The translations under genes were made by a program, and so were the position numbers. Shown here piece after piece: positions 15,980 to 23,224 of a DNA stretch of 32,000 nt. The stretch comes from Pseudodesulfovibrio mercurii (GTDB lineage: Bacteria; Desulfobacterota; Desulfovibrionia; Desulfovibrionales; Desulfovibrionaceae): assembly GCF_000189295.2 (NCBI RefSeq), contig NC_016803.1, positions 1,980,001-2,012,000 on the forward strand, given 5' to 3'. Each line of letters begins with the position of its first letter. Position 1 is the stretch's first letter. Under the pieces are notes generated by a model. It saw nothing but the letters and a program-made list of their open reading frames with translations. It had not been told where the DNA came from and ran no database searches.

Positions 15980-16083
15980 GAATGCCTCCGGCGGCCCCTC
16001 GCCGGGCGGGCGCCTCCGGCGGCCAGAGAACCCTTTGAAAAGGGTTCTCTGGCCTCTCCCAAACTTTTTGGTGCCGCTTCGCG
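15980..16083. repeat. Interspersed palindromic repeat, family 1, copy D (reverse orientation)
   Basis: ATGCCTCCGGCGGCCCCTCGCCGGGCGGGCGCCTCCGGCGG, then CCAGAGAACCCTTTGAAAAGGGTTCTCTGG, then CCTCTCCCAAACTTTTTGGTGCC. Its reverse complement is collinear with copy A over about 100 nt. Confidence 0.85.
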
Positions 16084-16131
16084 GGCTGCGAACACGATAA
16101 TCCCGGTCTCCCCTCCCTTCTTCTTCCACAA

Positions 16132-16178
16132 ATGGAGCGACTCGGGTGCGTAGCACCCGACAGCGGCTCTCTCCCCCG
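16132..16178. repeat. Interspersed repeat, family 3 (CGGGTGC-NNN-GCACCCGACAGCGGCTCTCT)
   Basis: TGGAGCGACTCGGGTGCGTAGCACCCGACAGCGGCTCTCTCCCCCGC is about 85% identical to 24088-24134. The stem is conserved while the loop differs (GTA versus CCC). Confidence 0.75.
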
Positions 16179-16207
16179 CGCTCGCACAAGGCTTTCGAGA
16201 GTGGTGT

Positions 16208-16365
16208 AGCTGTGCATTTTCTTCCGGTCGGGCCAACCGCAGCGTGCCTCAGCTCTTAGGCCGAGCTTGCTCGGTCTTAGAGATGACGACAGCAGCGATA
16301 GCCGTCTACGTGAGGATTGGCCCGGCCGGAAAAAATGTGCAGATGCGCCGCTATCGGAAGCCGCC
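16208..16365. repeat. Interspersed palindromic repeat, family 2, long copy (inverted relative to 13741-13849)
   Basis: CTGTGCATTTTCTTCCGGTCGGGCCAA pairs with TTGGCCCGGCCGGAAAAAATGTGCAG. The right flank GATGCGCCGCTATCGGAAGCCGCC matches the reverse complement of 13741-13768. The centre carries about 60 extra nt. Confidence 0.8.
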
Positions 16366-16448
16366 CCCCGCCCCCCCATCCCCCCACAGTTTACTGTTCG
16401 GGCAATATATGAGAAGGTCCGCCCAAGTTTTACCTGGGAGCCCAATTC

Positions 16449-17657
16449 ATGGAAAAGATCATTTTAGTGCACGTTACAGGCGGCGACCGGCCCGGATTGA
16501 CGGCCGAACTGTCCGGCGTGCTGGCGGGATACGACGTGGACGTGCTCGACATCGGGCAGGTGGTCATCCACAACTTCCTGACGCTCGGCATCCTCATCCG
16601 GCTGCCCGCCAACTCCCAGCCGGTGCTCAAGGACCTGCTCTTCAAGGCCCACGAGCTCGGTGTGACCATGCGCCTGCACCCCCTGGACGAGGAGAAATAC
16701 ACGTCCTGGGTGGGCGAGGCGCACCGGCCGCGCTACATCATCACCCTGCTGGCCCGCTCGGTCTCGGCCGCGCAGATCGCGGCCATCACCAAGGTGGTCT
16801 CCGATGCCGGACTGAACATCGACACCATCTACCGGTTGTCCGGCCGGGTGCCGCTCGACTGCAACGACTACGAGTGCGCGCGCGGCTGCGTGGAGTTCAC
16901 CGTGCGCGGCACGCCCCGGGACGTGGCCGAGCTGCGCGCCCAGTTCCTGGACATCTCCTCGCGCATGATGGTGGACATCGGCTTCCAGGAGGACAACATC
17001 TTCCGCCGCAACCGCCGTCTGGTGGCCTTTGACATGGACTCCACCCTGATCCAGGCCGAGGTCATCGACGAGCTGGCCAAGGAGGCGGGCGTGGGCGACC
17101 AGGTGGCCGCCATCACCGAGTCCGCCATGCGCGGCGAGCTCGACTTCAAGCAGTCCCTGCGCAAACGGTTGTCCCTGCTCGAGGGTCTGGACGAGTCCGT
17201 GCTGAAGCGGGTGGCCGAGCGGCTGCCCATGTCCGAGGGCGCGGAGAAGCTCATCTCCAACCTCAAGAACGTGGGCTACAAGATCGCCATCCTGTCCGGC
17301 GGGTTCACCTATTTCGGCGACATCCTGCGCAAACGCTACGGCATCGACTACGTCTACGCCAACCAGCTGGAGATCAAAGACGGCAAGCTCACCGGCAAGG
17401 CCGTGGGCGACATCGTGGACGCCCAGAAAAAGGCCGAGCTGCTCCAGTCCATCGCGGACCAGGAGGGCATTTCCCTGCAACAGGTCATCGCCGTGGGCGA
17501 CGGGGCCAACGACCTGCCCATGCTCAACCTGGCGGGCCTGGGCATCGCCTTCCACGCCAAGCCCAAAGTCAAGCAGGGTGCGCGCCAGGCCATCTCCACC
17601 CTGGGCCTGGACGCCATCCTCTTCCTGCTCGGCATGCGCTCCCGCGACGTGGTCTAG
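16449..17657 (+). CDS. serB: Phosphoserine phosphatase with N-terminal ACT domains
   Basis: N-terminal ACT-like segment (ILVHVTGGDRPGLTAELSGVLA). The HAD motifs are present in order: FDMDSTLIQ.E.IDELA, SGGF, KA..L and GDGANDL. Confidence 0.9.
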   Translation: MEKIILVHVTGGDRPGLTAELSGVLAGYDVDVLDIGQVVIHNFLTLGILIRLPANSQPVLKDLLFKAHELGVTMRLHPLDEEKYTSWVGEAHRPRYIITLLARSVSAAQIAAITKVVSDAGLNIDTIYRLSGRVPLDCNDYECARGCVEFTVRGTPRDVAELRAQFLDISSRMMVDIGFQEDNIFRRNRRLVAFDMDSTLIQAEVIDELAKEAGVGDQVAAITESAMRGELDFKQSLRKRLSLLEGLDESVLKRVAERLPMSEGAEKLISNLKNVGYKIAILSGGFTYFGDILRKRYGIDYVYANQLEIKDGKLTGKAVGDIVDAQKKAELLQSIADQEGISLQQVIAVGDGANDLPMLNLAGLGIAFHAKPKVKQGARQAISTLGLDAILFLLGMRSRDVV

Positions 17658-17680
17658 GCGGCCGCGATTACAGGGCGTAA

Positions 17681-17725
17681 AAGATCAGCCCGCCGGCGCA
17701 GCAGCGTCGGCGGGCTGATCTTTTC
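17681..17725. terminator. Bidirectional terminator between serB and the bactofilin operon
   Basis: AAGATCAGCCCGCCG (17681-17695) pairs with CGGCGGGCTGATCTT (17708-17722). There are T residues on the right and an A-run on the left. Confidence 0.75.
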
Positions 17726-17744
17726 GGGCAACCGGCGGGGCCGG

Positions 17745-17903
17745 TTACTTCTTCTCGTCTTCGGGCTTGGTCTCGCGGATGTAGGCCAGGCCGTCGGTCA
17801 GGGAGCGCACGTGGCGCTGGCGGAGCAGTTCCGCCTCGCGGGCGTCTTCGGTCCGGGCCGCGACGTATTCCCTGCCATTGTCTTCGATAACCAGTTCAAA
17901 CAT
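17745..17903 (-). CDS. Small ORF (52 aa) downstream of bactofilin; absent from the supplied ORF track
   Basis: My own translation: MFELVIEDNGREYVAARTEDAREAELLRQRHVRSLTDGLAYIRETKPEDEKK. A GGAGG lies 6 nt upstream of the ATG, directly after the bactofilin stop. Third positions are GC-rich, and the bidirectional terminator follows. Confidence 0.5.
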   Translation of the reverse strand: MFELVIEDNGREYVAARTEDAREAELLRQRHVRSLTDGLAYIRETKPEDEKK

Positions 17904-17915
17904 GGTAAACCTCCG

Positions 17916-18386
17916 TTATGCCCCGCTGTCGTCGGAGCCGGTCTTGGCGACCTCAAGTTCCCTGGCGGCGGGCTTGGCCGCGACGCCGCCGAAATTCGCG
18001 GACACGACCTTGGGCTTGACGTCGCTCGCCGCCGCCCTGGTCATGCTGATGGTCCCTTCGACCACGGCGCCCTTTTCCACAACTAGGACCGGTGTGTCAA
18101 GGCTGCCCTTGAGCACGCTGGTCTTTTCGAACACGGCCTTTTCCTTGGCGTGCACCTCGCCGATGATCTCGCCGCAGGAGTTGAGCTGGCCCACGCGCAC
18201 CACGCCCTCGACCAAGGCCTTGCGCCCGAGGATGAGCACGCCTTCGGTGGAGATTTCGCCCTCGAACCGGCCGTCGATGCGCACCGTGCCGACGAATTCG
18301 AGCTTGCCCCTGTATTCGGTGCCCACGCCCAGAAAGGCGTTCAATTCGGAGTTTTCCTTGGTGTTCTTGCTGGAAAAGAGACCCAT
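17916..18386 (-). CDS. Bactofilin (DUF583 polymer-forming cytoskeletal protein)
   Basis: Track ORF 17916..18404; ATG 18386 (MGLFSSK) is preferred and 18404 is the alternative. It has the repetitive beta-helix pattern G.L.F.G.V.I.G.F.G.I...G.L.... and a disordered C-terminal tail. Confidence 0.85.
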   Translation of the reverse strand: MGLFSSKNTKENSELNAFLGVGTEYRGKLEFVGTVRIDGRFEGEISTEGVLILGRKALVEGVVRVGQLNSCGEIIGEVHAKEKAVFEKTSVLKGSLDTPVLVVEKGAVVEGTISMTRAAASDVKPKVVSANFGGVAAKPAARELEVAKTGSDDSGA

Positions 18387-18613
18387 ATCGTCTTCCTCGT
18401 TCATTTCCCGGACGGCCGAGGCCGTCCCGTGTTGCGGTCCTGACAGCAGAGCAGGAGTTTCCTATATACCCGGCGGGTGCCGAAAGCCACTTTTTTTTCC
18501 CAAGGGGAACCGTCCGGAAGGGCTGGACTATTCCGGCATCCGGCCCGCATGGCGGAGCCCTGCGCCGAAGCCGCCGGTCCCGCAAGGACGCGTCGTCCAG
18601 CGCCGCTCCCCCC

Positions 18614-18642
18614 TTGACGCGCCCCACCGGCTCACCTAGATA
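18614..18642 (+). promoter_or_regulatory. Candidate sigma-70 promoter (TTGACG-N17-TAGATA) of the cupin isomerase gene
   Basis: -35 at 18614-18619 and -10 at 18637-18642. The ATG is only 6 nt downstream. Confidence 0.3.
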
Positions 18643-18648
18643 GGGGGC

Positions 18649-19320
18649 ATGAAACGCAGCGAGATCAACGCCCTCATCCAGGACGCCAAGGACTTCTTCG
18701 CCTCCTTCCGGTTCGCCCTGCCGCCGTGGGCCTTCTGGGCCCCGGAGCAGTGGAAGGGCAAGGGCGACTCCGAGGTGGTCCGCAACCAGCTCGGCTGGGA
18801 CCTGACCGACTACGGGGCCGGCGACTTCGACCGCCGGGGCCTGATCCTGTTCACCATCCGCAACGGTAACCTGGCCGCCCGCCACCCCAAAAAGTACGCG
18901 GAAAAGATCATGATCGTCCGCGAAAACCAGATCTGCCCCATGCACTTCCACTGGTCCAAGACCGAGGACATCATCAACCGGGGCGGCGGCAACCTGGTCA
19001 TCGAACTGTACGGCTCCACGCCCGCCGAGGAGCTGGGCAACGAACCCCTGGCCGTGTCCGTGGACGGGTTCACGCGCATCGTCCAGCCCGGCGGCAAAAT
19101 CGTCCTCACCCCCGGCGAGTCCATCTTCCTGGAACAGGGCATGTACCACCGCTTCTACGGTGAGCCCGGCAAGGGCAAGGTCCTGGTGGGCGAGGTCTCG
19201 TCCGTCAACGACGACAACACCGACAACCGCTTCCACGAACCCCAGGCCCGGTTCCCCGAAATCGACGAGGACGAAGCTCCCCTGCACCTGCTCTGCACCG
19301 ACTACCCGAAGTACGTGTAG
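18649..19320 (+). CDS. D-lyxose/D-mannose ketol-isomerase family cupin
   Basis: Collinear by eye with E. coli O157 Z5688-type D-lyxose isomerase: MKRS.IN, LGWD.T.(F/Y)G, YAEKIM.VR, PMHFHW.K.EDIINRGGGNL.IEL, GEVSSVNDD..DN.F and IDEDE. Confidence 0.85.
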   Translation: MKRSEINALIQDAKDFFASFRFALPPWAFWAPEQWKGKGDSEVVRNQLGWDLTDYGAGDFDRRGLILFTIRNGNLAARHPKKYAEKIMIVRENQICPMHFHWSKTEDIINRGGGNLVIELYGSTPAEELGNEPLAVSVDGFTRIVQPGGKIVLTPGESIFLEQGMYHRFYGEPGKGKVLVGEVSSVNDDNTDNRFHEPQARFPEIDEDEAPLHLLCTDYPKYV

Positions 19321-19658
19321 GAAGCCCGGCCGCTCGGGCTTCCGGACAGCATCGGGAGCCGAAGGCCGCTTCGTGATGATTTTCGGCTGATTTGACGACC
19401 GCTTGCATCCCCTCTTCGCGCCCGCGGCACGGGCCGTTTACGGCCGCCCGATAACGTCTTGCCTTCCCCTCGATGCATTTTCCTGTTTTGAACAATCACG
19501 CGAATACAACTTTGCGTGACTGTTCACCTTTTTCTTTGCGAATATATTGCGGACGGGTATGGTGTGTTTTTGGCCCCCAAGGGCCGGAACCGTTGCGCCC
19601 CCTGCGGGCGCAGGCCGGCCGTCCGGGCTGCACCCCATCTCAAGGAGAGGTTTGTTTC

Positions 19659-20705
19659 ATGAAAAAAATCCTGCAAGCGCCCCTGCTCGCCTGTCTTTTC
19701 GTGCTGTTGCTGTTCTCTTCGGCCCTGGCCGAACGCACGGTCACCGACCAGCTCGGCCGGACCGTGACCATCCCCGACGAAGTCTCCCGCGTGGTCGTCC
19801 TCCAGCACCAGTCCCTGGACGTCATGATCCAGCTCGGGGCCCAGGACAAGGTCGTGGGCGTGCTCGAAAAGTGGGACAAGTACCTGCCCGGCGCGGCCAA
19901 GACCATGCCGAACATCGGCTCCATGCCCACCCCCGGCGGGCTGGACACCGTGAACATGGAGGCCCTGCTGGCCCTGAATCCCGACCTGGTCATCGTCACC
20001 CACTACGCGCCCAAGGAGATGATCCAGCAGATCAGCGACGCCAAGATCCCGGTGGTGGCCGTCTCCCTGTTCGACGCGGCCAGCGAGGAGGCCGCCAAGC
20101 TCAACCCCGAGCTGGCGGACGCCCAGGCGGCCTACAACAAGGGCTTGCGGGACGCCGTCCTGCTCCTCGGCGAGGTCTGCAACAAGCAGGCGCGCGCCGA
20201 GCGGCTCATGCAGGTGGTCGACGCCAACCAGGCCGTCCTCAAGTCCCACCTGGGGACCATCCCCGAGGACCAGCGGATCAAGTGCTACATGGCCCGCAAC
20301 AACCTGCACACCTACGGCGCGGGCAAGTACACCAGCGTCATCATGGAGCGCGCGGGCGGCGTCAACGTGGTCGCCAAGGAAGTCACCGGCTTCAAGGAAG
20401 TGACCATGGAGGACGTCCTGCGCTGGAACCCCGAGGTGGTCTTCATCCAGTGGCGGCACCGCTCCGCCGCCGACGAGCTGCGCAACGACCCGTCCTGGCA
20501 GCAGGTCTCGGCCATCAAGAACGGGCGGCTCTACATCACCCCCGAATACGTCAAGCCGTGGGGGCACGCCCTGCCCGAGTCCATGGCCCTGGGCGAGCTG
20601 TGGATGGCCAAGGCCCTCTACCCGGACAAGTTCAAGGACGTGGACCTGGACGCCATGGTCCAGTCCTATTACAAGGAATTCTACGGGATTCCCTTTGCCG
20701 AATAA
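19659..20705 (+). CDS. ABC importer periplasmic substrate-binding protein (Peripla_BP_2, FecB/BtuF/FhuD class)
   Basis: Track ORF trimmed to MKKILQAPLLACLFVLLLFSSALA (signal peptide) at 19659, preceded by AAGGAGAGG. It has the family layout (R.V.L......D.M..LG, E.LLALNPDLVI, WNPEVVF). Confidence 0.85.
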   Translation: MKKILQAPLLACLFVLLLFSSALAERTVTDQLGRTVTIPDEVSRVVVLQHQSLDVMIQLGAQDKVVGVLEKWDKYLPGAAKTMPNIGSMPTPGGLDTVNMEALLALNPDLVIVTHYAPKEMIQQISDAKIPVVAVSLFDAASEEAAKLNPELADAQAAYNKGLRDAVLLLGEVCNKQARAERLMQVVDANQAVLKSHLGTIPEDQRIKCYMARNNLHTYGAGKYTSVIMERAGGVNVVAKEVTGFKEVTMEDVLRWNPEVVFIQWRHRSAADELRNDPSWQQVSAIKNGRLYITPEYVKPWGHALPESMALGELWMAKALYPDKFKDVDLDAMVQSYYKEFYGIPFAE

Positions 20706-21729
20706 GCCTTATCCAGCGCGGCCGCGCCCGTCCCTCAGCGCCCTGGCGCTGTGGGGCGGCGTGGCCGCCGTCTTCTGCATCGGGCTGGCCTGGGGCCGCT
20801 ACCCCGTGCACCTGCGGGAGCTCCTGCGCATCCTGGCCCACGCGGCCGGGCTGCCCGTGGAGCCCGACTGGCCGGGGGTGCTGGAGACCGTGGTCATGCA
20901 GGTGCGTCTGCCGCGCGTGCTGGCCGCCATGCTCATCGGCGGCGGCCTGTCCGTATCCGGCGCGGCCTTCCAAGGGCTGTTCCGCAACCCGCTTGTTTCC
21001 CCGTATATCCTCGGCGTGGCCTCCGGGGCCGGTTTCGGCGCGGCGCTCGGCATCCTGCTGTGGAACTCCCCCTGGCTCATCCAGGGGTCGGCCTTCTTCT
21101 TCGGCATGCTCGCCGTGACCGCGGCCTGGGCCATGAGCCGCCTGTACCGCTCGGCCGGGCCCATGATCATCATCCTGGCCGGCGTGGTGGTCGGCGCGTT
21201 CTTCCAGTCCCTGCTCTCCCTGGTCAAGTACACGGCCGACCCGGACGACAAGCTCCCGGTCATCGTCTACTGGCTCATGGGCTCCCTGTCCTCCATGACC
21301 ATGGAGCGGCTGCTGACCGTGGTCCTGCCCATGGGCGTGTGCGTGCTCGGCCTGCTCCTGGTCCGCTGGCAGCTCAACGTCCTGTCCCTGGGCGACGAGG
21401 AGGCCAGGACCCTGGGCGTGGAGGCGGGCCGCCTGCGGCTGGGCGTGATCGTGGCCGTGACCACCATCACGGCCAGCGCGGTCTCGGTCAGCGGCATCAT
21501 CGGCTGGGTGGGACTGGTGGTTCCCCACCTGGCGCGCATGCTGGTCGGCCCGGACTACCGTCGCCTGATCCCGGCCAGCCTGGCCCTGGGGGCGTGCTAC
21601 CTGGTGCTCATCGACGGCCTGGCCCGGAACCTGACGGCCATGGAGATTCCCCTGGGCATCCTGACCGCGTCCGTGGGCGCGCCGTTTTTCGCCATTCTCC
21701 TCGGCAGGGGACGGACCGGATGGGCCTGA
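20695..21729 (+). CDS. FecCD/BtuC-family ABC permease
   Basis: 344 aa. The TTG start at 20695 overlaps the binding-protein stop, so the exact start is uncertain. Family motifs: VRLPRVLAA.L.GGGLS.SGA.FQGLFRNPL.SP..LGV..GA and GIIGWVGL..PH..R.LVG.D.R. Confidence 0.85.
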   Translation: MPNKPYPARPRPSLSALALWGGVAAVFCIGLAWGRYPVHLRELLRILAHAAGLPVEPDWPGVLETVVMQVRLPRVLAAMLIGGGLSVSGAAFQGLFRNPLVSPYILGVASGAGFGAALGILLWNSPWLIQGSAFFFGMLAVTAAWAMSRLYRSAGPMIIILAGVVVGAFFQSLLSLVKYTADPDDKLPVIVYWLMGSLSSMTMERLLTVVLPMGVCVLGLLLVRWQLNVLSLGDEEARTLGVEAGRLRLGVIVAVTTITASAVSVSGIIGWVGLVVPHLARMLVGPDYRRLIPASLALGACYLVLIDGLARNLTAMEIPLGILTASVGAPFFAILLGRGRTGWA

Positions 21730-22505
21730 TCCTGCACGCCGACGCCCTGGGCTTCGCCTATCCCGGCCGCAAGCCGGTCTGGTCCGACGTGACCCTGACC
21801 GCCCGGCCCGGCGAGGTCCTGTCCATCCTCGGGCCCAACGGCACGGGCAAGTCCACCCTGCTGCACTGCCTGGCCGGGTTGCTCACGCCCCGCTCCGGGC
21901 GGGTCCTGGCGGGCGACGTCGACCTGGCCACCCTGGGGCGCCGCCGCACGGCGAGGGCCATCGCCCTGGTGCCCCAGACCCACGCGCCGGTCTTCGCCTT
22001 CCGCGCCCTGGACGTGGTGGTCATGGGCCGCACGCCCCACCTGGGCCCCTTTGCCTCGCCGTCCCAAAAGGACCTCGACGCGGCCCTCGCGGCCATGGAG
22101 ACCATGGGCATCGCCTATCTGGCGGACATGGACTACAGCGAGACCAGCGGCGGCGAGCGCCAACTTATCCTCTTCGCCCGCTCCCTGGCCCAGGGCGCGG
22201 ACATCCTGCTCCTGGACGAGCCCACCTCGCACCTGGACTTCGGCAACCAGGCCCGGACCCTGGCCCTGATCCGCTCCCTGGCGGACCGGGGGCTGACCGT
22301 GGTCATGACCACGCACTTCCCGGACCACGCCTTCGAAATCTCCGACCAGACCGCCCTGCTTGCCCGAGGGCGGCTCCAGGCCGTGGGCGACACCGGGGAC
22401 GTCCTGTCCCCCGAGGCCCTGTCCGCCCTCTACGGCCTGGGCGTGGACATCCACCGCCTGGACAACGGCAAGACCATCTGCACCGTGCGGGGGGTGACGC
22501 CATGA
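21720..22505 (+). CDS. ABC importer ATP-binding protein (FecE/BtuD-type)
   Basis: ATG 21720 (MGLILHAD) overlaps the permease stop by 10 nt. Motifs: Walker A GPNGTGKST, signature SGGERQL, Walker B ILLLDEPTSHLD, H-loop TTHFP. Confidence 0.9.
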   Translation: MGLILHADALGFAYPGRKPVWSDVTLTARPGEVLSILGPNGTGKSTLLHCLAGLLTPRSGRVLAGDVDLATLGRRRTARAIALVPQTHAPVFAFRALDVVVMGRTPHLGPFASPSQKDLDAALAAMETMGIAYLADMDYSETSGGERQLILFARSLAQGADILLLDEPTSHLDFGNQARTLALIRSLADRGLTVVMTTHFPDHAFEISDQTALLARGRLQAVGDTGDVLSPEALSALYGLGVDIHRLDNGKTICTVRGVTP

Positions 22506-23224
22506 CCCTGACCGTCCTGGCCGCAGGGAGCCTGCGCAAGGCCCTGCCCGCCATGGCCGAGGCCGCCGGGCTCGCCCTGGACGTCCGCTTCGGCCCGGCC
22601 GGGCTGCTGCGCAACAGCATCGAGGACGGCCTGCGCCCGGACCTGTTCCTGTCCGCGAGCATGAGCCACGTCCGGGCCGTGGCCCGGCTGGCCGACTACG
22701 GCGAGGCCGCGCCCTTCCTGGAGAATCTGGTCTGCCTATTCGGCCGCCGGGAGTTGCTGGCCGAGGGCGACGCCCTGCGCGCCATGCTCGACCCGGACGG
22801 CCGCCTGGGCATGTCCACCCCCGGCGCGGACCCCGGCGGGGACTACGCGCTGACCGTCTTCGACCGGGCAGAACGGGTCCGGCCGGGCAGCCGGGCCATG
22901 CTCCGCGACCGCGCCCGCTCCGTGGTCGGCGGCGGCCTGCCGCCCGCGACCGCACCCACGGGGTCGCCCGTGATCGAACTGTTCCGGGCGGGCAAGGTCG
23001 ATCTCTTCCTGGGTTACCGGACAACGGCCCTGGACGCCCTGGCCAGGTATCCGGGGTTGGCGATCGTGGACCTGCCCCCCGAACTGGCCGTGCGGCCGGT
23101 CTACGGCGCGGTCGCCCGGAACACCGAGGAGGCCCGCGCCGCCCTGGCCGGGCTGGGGTCTGCCCAGGCTCTCGCGGCGGCAGGGGAATGCGGTTTCACC
23201 GCCCCCCGCAAGAACGGTCGCTGA
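22502..23224 (+). CDS. ModA-like (type-II periplasmic-binding fold) protein lacking a signal peptide
   Basis: The ATGA overlap with the ATPase stop indicates translational coupling. LTVLAAGSL and FGPAGLLRNSIEDGLRPDLFLSAS parallel the ModA segments ITVFAAASL and SSGTLARQIEAGAPADLFISAD. The protein starts at the first beta-strand, and no in-frame start exists further upstream. Confidence 0.75.
   Translation: MTLTVLAAGSLRKALPAMAEAAGLALDVRFGPAGLLRNSIEDGLRPDLFLSASMSHVRAVARLADYGEAAPFLENLVCLFGRRELLAEGDALRAMLDPDGRLGMSTPGADPGGDYALTVFDRAERVRPGSRAMLRDRARSVVGGGLPPATAPTGSPVIELFRAGKVDLFLGYRTTALDALARYPGLAIVDLPPELAVRPVYGAVARNTEEARAALAGLGSAQALAAAGECGFTAPRKNGR

Noticed and set aside
14502-16445. 647-aa minus-strand ORF overlapping the AI-2E transporter and the repeat cluster
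   Set aside because: It is in a different frame from the recognisable transporter. It is extremely Arg/Gly/Pro-rich and runs through non-coding repeats.
19344-19658. Cobalamin or Moco/Tuco riboswitch upstream of the BtuF/FecB-type importer
   Set aside because: I looked for the B12 box (AGYCMGGNGACCKGCC-like), the GCCACTG/GGGAAGGC elements and the Moco CCTCCGAG core on the plus strand and found none. A GGGGAAGGC occurs only on the wrong strand (about 19461-19475).
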